A stretch of DNA of 64,000 bases, taken from Candidatus Enterousia sp. (lineage in GTDB: Bacteria > Pseudomonadota > Alphaproteobacteria > Rs-D84). Numbering within the stretch: position 1 is the first letter of the stretch; every line of letters begins with the position of its first letter. The position numbers and the translations under genes are program-made. Below the pieces are notes generated by a model. It was given only the letters and a program-made list of their open reading frames with translations, did no database searches and was not told where the DNA came from. Location: contig JAZROY010000004.1 of the NCBI GenBank assembly GCA_045648925.1, forward strand, positions 74,913-138,912. Direction: 5' to 3'. Positions 58,716 through 64,000 of the stretch are shown piece after piece.

Positions 58716-59237
58716 ATGCAAAAAACAATTTCTTACGAGCCGTTTTGTGTTGATGGTTATTTGATTGTACCACAAGAAGAAAAGAAAATTACATCTGTTT
58801 ATAATATCATTGGTGGTGCACCCATTATGAAAGCACATGTAGAAATTGGTGCGTTGCCTAAACAGGTTTCTTTCCGGCGTAATTTTGATAGACAGATATT
58901 TGATATATTGAATAAAAGCGGTTTATATAGAAGTGAAAAATCAGTAAGAAATAGTTTTTTTACACCGTTTGAAAATGGTAAATTGAGCAGTAAATTTGAT
59001 TCTTCGATTTTGCTTAGATTGACGACATCCCATTTCGTTCAATATTTGTTAAATTCAAAAAAAGGTGAAATTATTGGAATGTATTTTGAAGATTGGTCGT
59101 GCGGTTTGCTTGAAAGTGCAGTATTCCAACTAAATAATGGAAGAACAGTCGGGGGAATAAAAGAATTTGAAGAAGAGATTCAGAAATCGGCAGAATGGCA
59201 AAGAAAAGTAAAAGAATTTAATGAAAAAATCAAATAA
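58716..59237 (+). CDS. Hypothetical cytoplasmic protein (cassette gene 1)
   Basis: 173 aa from ATG 58716 (Shine-Dalgarno aagggaag). Followed by the terminator ccgccattaaatcggcgg plus T-run (59246-59273). No recognised motif. Confidence 0.45.
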   Translation: MQKTISYEPFCVDGYLIVPQEEKKITSVYNIIGGAPIMKAHVEIGALPKQVSFRRNFDRQIFDILNKSGLYRSEKSVRNSFFTPFENGKLSSKFDSSILLRLTTSHFVQYLLNSKKGEIIGMYFEDWSCGLLESAVFQLNNGRTVGGIKEFEEEIQKSAEWQRKVKEFNEKIK

Positions 59238-59279
59238 TTAGGATGCCGCCATTAAATCGGCGGTATTTTTTTATATCTT

Positions 59280-59394
59280 GCCCACACACCACAACCACAT
59301 TGAATAAAAATATTAAATTTTTTTGTTGTTTGTGGGCAAAATTTATTCGTTTCAAAGCCAGTTGAATCTTGGTTGTGGTGCGTGGGCAAAACGC
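59280..59394. repeat. About 115-bp imperfect palindrome between the two cassette genes (attC/MITE-like)
   Basis: Left arm gcccacacaccacaaccaca-ttgaat. AT-rich spacer containing a partial third copy (tgtgggcaaaa). Right arm ttgaat-cttggttgtggtgcgtgggc. The arms are reverse complements over about 18/19 nt. Confidence 0.7.
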
Positions 59395-59458
59395 AAGCTG
59401 AACAATTTGACTTTATAATAAAAATTATAATACACTTGAAATATACAAGGGTGAAAGT

Positions 59459-60067
59459 ATGGTTAAATTTATTAAAACTTATGCATTGGAAATTTTTACA
59501 GTAATATCTATGGCGATGTTGCTGGTTGGTGGATTGATTGGTGATTTGTCAGTTATTCAAAAATTTACTTTGGTTTATATATTTTTATTTGTTCTGCATG
59601 AATGGGAAGAAATGAAATATCCAGGTGGCTTTGCAGATTCTATTGCAAAAATGTTGGGTATAAAATTAAACAATAATATGAAACGTGCCAGTCGTATTCC
59701 AACCAGTATATTATTGCTAACATTTACTATTACACCGTTTGTTTTGCATGAATATCCAATAACAATATTACCAATTGCATGGCTGGGATTGTTTGAAGGT
59801 TTTGTTCATATATTTACAATCCGTTTGTTTAAATACCCAAGATTTTATTCTCCTGGGTTTGTAACTGCAGAAATACAGGCTGTATTTACGATATTTGTTT
59901 TTACATATTTTGTAAGAAATGATATTGTATCATGTGGTGAATTTTTGATTGGTTTTATGGTTATGTTTGTGTGCTTTGTAATTATGCAAAAGAGCCTGAC
60001 AGCAATGATAGGGTATAAATACAGCAATGTTTTCAAAGTAATAAAAAAACAATTTGCTAAGAAATAA
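59459..60067 (+). CDS. HXXEE-domain integral membrane protein (cassette gene 2)
   Basis: VLHEWEE motif, several TM segments, 202 aa. Confidence 0.55.
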   Translation: MVKFIKTYALEIFTVISMAMLLVGGLIGDLSVIQKFTLVYIFLFVLHEWEEMKYPGGFADSIAKMLGIKLNNNMKRASRIPTSILLLTFTITPFVLHEYPITILPIAWLGLFEGFVHIFTIRLFKYPRFYSPGFVTAEIQAVFTIFVFTYFVRNDIVSCGEFLIGFMVMFVCFVIMQKSLTAMIGYKYSNVFKVIKKQFAKK

Positions 60068-60070
60068 TTG

Positions 60071-60106
60071 TTTCACCCACACCCCATAACCACTTTGAAT
60101 AAAAAG
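60071..60106. repeat. Left-arm-type boundary repeat tttcacccacaccccataaccactttgaataaaaag
   Basis: Matches 59280-59310 (cccacacc.c..aaccac.ttgaataaaaa). Confidence 0.65.
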
Positions 60107-60359
60107 ACCTGTTAGAGCAGTTTTTTATTAGTTTTATAATATTATTGCTGGTTCGAATGTTTTTAAAGTGTTATAAGCAGTTCGAAAGTGTGGATAACGA
60201 CATAAAAATTCAAATCCAAACTTTCGAACTCGGTGAAACACTTGCTTTTCTAACACAAAACCGCTCTTTCGGGCAGGATTGCCTTCAACCCTTTTGGTTT
60301 TTCATGTTTGGCGATTTCTGGATCGCTTATTTCATCTATTCTTTGTGAACCTGCGCGAG

Positions 60360-60664
60360 CTAGCCATAACTTAAACGGTTCTGCTTTTTTGATGGTATTG
60401 ATTGAACCAGGCGCAAAATTTGTTCCACGTCACCAACATCAGTATTATAAAACTTACCATCAGATGATCGCATTTTCAGTTGTCCGATTTTTTCGGACAA
60501 CTCACTACCTTCTTGTTTAAATTTAGTTTTTAAATTGCTCCAATATTTTCTAGGTCTATCTGAACCTGTCAAAGCTGCAATAATATCAACGATGGAAAAA
60601 TACCACTATCCCAAAGTGTCCGGATGTCTTTGCTATCAAATAATTTAACCTGTGTATCTGGCAT
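60360..60664 (-). pseudogene. Frameshifted Bro-N/KilA-N-type phage antirepressor N-terminal domain remnant
   Basis: Frame 1: MPDTQVKLFDSKDIRTLWDSGIFPSLILLQL*. Frame -1 continues ..SIVDIIAALTGSDRPRKYWSNLKTKFKQEGSELSEKIGQLKMRSSDGKFYNTDVGDVEQILRLVQSIPS. The two halves join if one A is added at the A5 run at 60596-60600. Confidence 0.5.
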
Positions 60665-60667
60665 AAT

Positions 60668-61135
60668 TTAATCCTTTATATCAGTATCATTGTTTGCCTT
60701 TTGCCATTCTTCATATTCTGGGTTTGGTATATTCGCTGGTATAAAAGACAGTTTTCGTACTGTTTTTCGGCTGCCAAATGCGTTCAAATAAGAATATGTT
60801 CCTTTTGATACAGCACATTTATCTATCAACATTAATTTCATATCATCATACAAATTATCTGGACCAATCGTGCCAAATTCTTTTTTATCAACGGCAAACA
60901 AATTACCATTATCTTGCAAAGTTGCATAGCCAGAACTGCAACGTTTTTCCCAGTTAGGATAAGAAGTATCACAATAATACAATTTAACCAAAACAACATC
61001 ATCCGCAACTTGTGCTATTTTTATCATACGAGATGTAAAACACTGAGGGTCTCGTATAGTTTCTGCCGGCTTTTGCGGTGTAAAAAGACCAGCACAAGAA
61101 CATAATAATAAATTTATAAATATTATTTTTTTCAT
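60668..61135 (-). CDS. Putative lipoprotein (unknown function)
   Basis: MKKIIFINLLLCSCAGLF, signal peptide with lipobox-like LCSC. Start at the internal ATG. Confidence 0.45.
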   Translation of the reverse strand: MKKIIFINLLLCSCAGLFTPQKPAETIRDPQCFTSRMIKIAQVADDVVLVKLYYCDTSYPNWEKRCSSGYATLQDNGNLFAVDKKEFGTIGPDNLYDDMKLMLIDKCAVSKGTYSYLNAFGSRKTVRKLSFIPANIPNPEYEEWQKANNDTDIKD

Positions 61136-61398
61136 ATTCCATCCTTTGGTTCTCATTTATGTTAACCAAGAAACTAGGTATTTGCAATATCAATTATTAG
61201 TACTTTACATAAATTCTCTGGAATGCGCACGAGACCTTGATAAACAATAACCAACCGCTGGGCAAAAACTCTATTAAAAATATCCGTTTTTGCACGGTTG
61301 CTAATTGTTCATCTGCGTATTCGCCATGCGCTTCGCTCTGGCGTATCCGTGCGCCCAGGAATAAATAAAAACACCCAAAAGGGTGTTTTTGTTTATTC

Positions 61399-61472
61399 TG
61401 GTTGGAGCGCACGGATTCGAACCATGATAAAGAGAACCAAAATCTCTTGTCCTACCATTAGACGACGCTCCA
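61399..61472 (-). tRNA. tRNA-Gln (anticodon TTG), CCA encoded
   Basis: Manual fold. Acceptor TGGAGCG/CGCTCCA, anticodon stem AGAGA/TCTCT with loop TTTTGGT, T-arm CATGG-TTCGAAT-CCGTG, discriminator A plus CCA. Confidence 0.85.
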
Positions 61473-61633
61473 AGGACTCTCGTTATTATATATGCCTTTT
61501 TAACTTTTTCAATAATAAAATATAAAAATTACAATATTTTACGAATCTCTGCTTGACTTTATAAATCAATGTACATATAATCATTAAAGTTTTTAATGAT
61601 TTAATTTTTTAATATTTATCAAGGGGGTCAAAT

Positions 61634-62083
61634 ATGACACACGAAGAAGTGACACATTTGGTGGCTGAAAACATGCAGATTCTTGCGCGTTTTTCACGCA
61701 GATTACAATCTGTTTTTGAACACGGTTCCAAAAAATCTAGACAACAGATGTCTTTTTTAATCCGTCTTTATTTGGTTGGGAAAATCAAATTAAAAGATTT
61801 CGCCAATCGTGAGGCAATTTCTACTGCGGGGCTTTGTGGAATCTTGCGCAAACTGGAACAGGCAAAACTGGTTGTGCGCTCTGATGACCCAAATGACCAT
61901 CGCGATGTTTGGTACGAAGTTTCTAAATCTGGCAAAAATTTAGCAGAAAAGTTAATAGATAAACGCGTAAGCGCACTAAGCGAACTCTGCAAGGTTTTAC
62001 CCGAAGAAGAAGAAGACAAATTAGCGGAATCAATGCGGACCGTGAACGAAATTTTGAAAAAGATGGAGGCATTAAATGCGTAA
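61634..62083 (+). CDS. MarR-family transcriptional regulator
   Basis: Winged-helix core IRLYLVGKIKLKDFANREAISTAGLCGILRKLEQAKLVVRSDDPNDHRDVWYEVSKSG. Confidence 0.8.
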   Translation: MTHEEVTHLVAENMQILARFSRRLQSVFEHGSKKSRQQMSFLIRLYLVGKIKLKDFANREAISTAGLCGILRKLEQAKLVVRSDDPNDHRDVWYEVSKSGKNLAEKLIDKRVSALSELCKVLPEEEEDKLAESMRTVNEILKKMEALNA

Positions 62084-63389
62084 GTTTTTGTTTTATTGTT
62101 TATGCGCAATTTGCGCGATTTCAAATGCAAGTGCCTTGGATTTATCATTAAAAGACGCGACAGATAAGATTGTTGCAGAGTCCAATGATGTAAAAAAAGC
62201 CGAAGCAAATGTTAAAAAAGCAAAAGCACAACTAAGCGCTGTTAATGCAAATCGTTGGATGTCAGTTGATGGGACAGTTTCTTATATGAATTTGATAGAC
62301 CCAATTCGTCCACTGGATTCGAATGGGGTAAAAATACCATCTGAAATCGGTGCAATGTTGGAACATTCTTTGCCTGTGCCACTGGGTGAAATTCCAGATA
62401 ATATGTTTTCTGCGGGGGTTCAAATTACACAACCAATTTATACTTTTGGAAAAATCGGTAATGCAGTGGATGCAGTTCACGATGCAATTGATATGTCAAG
62501 ATCTGCCCGCGAATTAACCAAGCGAGAGGTAAAATATGCCGCGGCAAATCTTTATTGGACCGCGAAAATGACAGATGGTATTGTGGCGGCCGCGCAAAAA
62601 AACCTGGATAATGCACGTGCTGCACGCAAACATTTAACCGCTGCGGGACGCGCCAATAAAAGCAATTTGATTAAAATTGAATCTGATATCGCGACAAAAG
62701 AAATCAATTTATCTGATGCTGAATTTAACCGTGATACCGCATACAGAATGTTGAAAATTATGGCGGGAATTGATGAAAATGAAGAAATAGTTTTAACCGA
62801 TGAATTTCCAGATTCTTTTGAACCATTACCAGAAACAAAACTTAAATCCAATCCAGAATGGGACATTTATCAAAAACAAATTAAGATGTATGAAGCAAAT
62901 GCTTCGTCTAAACGCGCGGGTGCATATCCAACATTAGCGGCAGTGGGTTCGTATTCATACTATGCAATGGGCAACGACATAAATCATATCTTTGACAAAG
63001 AAGGCAGTCAATCTGCATATTGGGGACTGGCTTTACAGGTTCCTTTATTCAGTGGTGGTCTGCATTCTGCAAACGCGACTGTGGAAGCAATGAATGCAGA
63101 ATCTGCGCGTCAAGATTTGGACAAGTCAAAAAAATTAAAAACCGAAGAATATAATACTGCGGTTAATAAATACAAACATCTTTGTGACAATTTGGAAAAA
63201 TTAAACGAAGCGCACACCCTGGCACAAAAGGCATATGATGTTTCTGCAAATCGTTTTGCAGCCGGTCAAACATCTGCCATAGAATTATCTGATGTATCCA
63301 GCGCTTTGTATCAAATGGATATGGCGCTATTAAATGCGAAATACAATATTTTAATGTCGAAAGAATCTGTTAAAAAATTGGGTGAATAA
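62076..63389 (+). CDS. TolC-like outer-membrane efflux protein (OMF family)
   Basis: Signal peptide, two OEP repeats, 437 aa. Overlaps the marR stop. Confidence 0.8.
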   Translation: MRKFLFYCLCAICAISNASALDLSLKDATDKIVAESNDVKKAEANVKKAKAQLSAVNANRWMSVDGTVSYMNLIDPIRPLDSNGVKIPSEIGAMLEHSLPVPLGEIPDNMFSAGVQITQPIYTFGKIGNAVDAVHDAIDMSRSARELTKREVKYAAANLYWTAKMTDGIVAAAQKNLDNARAARKHLTAAGRANKSNLIKIESDIATKEINLSDAEFNRDTAYRMLKIMAGIDENEEIVLTDEFPDSFEPLPETKLKSNPEWDIYQKQIKMYEANASSKRAGAYPTLAAVGSYSYYAMGNDINHIFDKEGSQSAYWGLALQVPLFSGGLHSANATVEAMNAESARQDLDKSKKLKTEEYNTAVNKYKHLCDNLEKLNEAHTLAQKAYDVSANRFAAGQTSAIELSDVSSALYQMDMALLNAKYNILMSKESVKKLGE

Positions 63390-63390
63390 A

Positions 63391-64000
63391 ATGAATTACA
63401 AACAAAAAATTGATATTGTGATAAAAAAATTAAACACGAAAAAATCAAAAAATATAATTTATTTGATTATTGTGATTTCTGTTGTCGGCATATTCGGATA
63501 CAGATTTTATGCTGTCGCCAAAGAACACAATTTTCCGGTTTTTAACATTACTCGTAATAATCTTGATAACGGAACCCCGGTTGAAACAAAACTTATGAAA
63601 AAAACTAATGGTATTTTATATGAACCGTTAACAATCAAAAACAATACTGCATTTATATCTGGTGCGCGCCTTAATATTTTTAAACCAGGGCAAAAATCTG
63701 GCAATTGTAAAATAGTTTCTGTATCGCATAAGATTGATTTAGATTCAGGTATGCATATTATAAAAACATCTGGTTGCAAAAATGGGCTTCAATATATTGA
63801 AAAAGAAAAAATTGGTTTTTATGTTCCTGTATCGGCAACAAATGGAAACTCTGTATACATTGCAAACAACGGGGTTGCCGAGATTCGTGATGTTGTTATC
63901 GAAGATAGGGACGCACAAAATGTTTTAATAAAATCTGGTATCCAAGATGGCGATATTTTGATTTTATCCAAAGTAAAAAACAATGAAAAAATAAAAATCA
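63391..64000 (+). CDS. HlyD/EmrA-family membrane-fusion (periplasmic adaptor) protein, 5' part (runs off the window)
   Basis: ATG 63391. N-terminal TM (IIYLIIVISVVGIFGY) then a beta-rich periplasmic region. Sits in a MarR-TolC-MFP layout. Confidence 0.65.
   Translation, partial: MNYKQKIDIVIKKLNTKKSKNIIYLIIVISVVGIFGYRFYAVAKEHNFPVFNITRNNLDNGTPVETKLMKKTNGILYEPLTIKNNTAFISGARLNIFKPGQKSGNCKIVSVSHKIDLDSGMHIIKTSGCKNGLQYIEKEKIGFYVPVSATNGNSVYIANNGVAEIRDVVIEDRDAQNVLIKSGIQDGDILILSKVKNNEKIKI

Noticed and set aside
58585-61472. Cassette inverted repeats as degenerate copies of the tRNA-Gln 3' end (att duplication)
   Set aside because: Only about 13/25 matching positions when aligned by eye. Not distinguishable from chance.

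Overview
This window looks like an AT-rich (about 35% GC by eye) alphaproteobacterial chromosome segment, probably from an obligate intracellular or endosymbiont-like lineage (Rickettsiales/Holosporales-like). It carries GC-rich palindromic intergenic elements typical of such genomes.

Conserved backbone: the central block (19.6-31.5 kb, minus strand) is the canonical tRNA-Trp-secE-nusG-rplK-rplA-rplJ-rplL-rpoB-rpoC cluster, followed by rpmF-plsX. Other housekeeping genes include ihfA, an M13 peptidase with hemW, an MltB-family transglycosylase, olsB-olsA (ornithine lipid), an archaeal-type proS, a PTA_PTB acyltransferase, ldh, yidC, lspA, a Kef-type antiporter, rsmA, recR, a DD-carboxypeptidase with a SPOR domain, pyk, pyrG, comEC, truA, fmt, def, rmuC, a GT8 glycosyltransferase and a MarR-TolC-HlyD efflux module. 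tRNA-Arg(CCT), tRNA-Trp(CCA), tRNA-Glu(CTC) and tRNA-Gln(TTG) are present.

Accessory content worth attention:
- A Cys-rich secreted-protein gene whose 5' end carries a (CA)16 tract. The only ATG with a Shine-Dalgarno sequence is currently out of frame with the long ORF, so this looks like a phase-variable contingency locus.
- Divergently next to it, a virB8-virB9-virB10 type IV secretion core operon. VirB9 has a C-terminal SPOR domain. VirB10 is unusually long (803 aa) with a Cys-rich C-terminal extension. No virB7, virB11 or virD4 is adjacent.
- A family of GC-rich nested-hairpin repeats in intergenic regions, including one that fills the rpoB-rpoC spacer.
- An in-frame TAA at codon 17 of rpoB.
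- Between tRNA-Glu and tRNA-Gln, an islet with a secreted Gly/Ala/Thr-rich protein coupled to a GH108 peptidoglycan hydrolase, a Ner-like HTH gene, a LysR regulator, two gene cassettes each bracketed by about 26-bp inverted repeats (attC/MITE-like), and a frameshifted Bro-N antirepressor remnant.
- Several orphan secreted proteins: tandem small Cys paralogs, an 897-aa protein with an S/T/R-rich region and a Cys-rich domain, and a 501-aa probable OM beta-barrel.

No CRISPR array, rRNA or integrase/transposase gene was recognised. All protein family calls rest on motif recognition by eye, not database searches.
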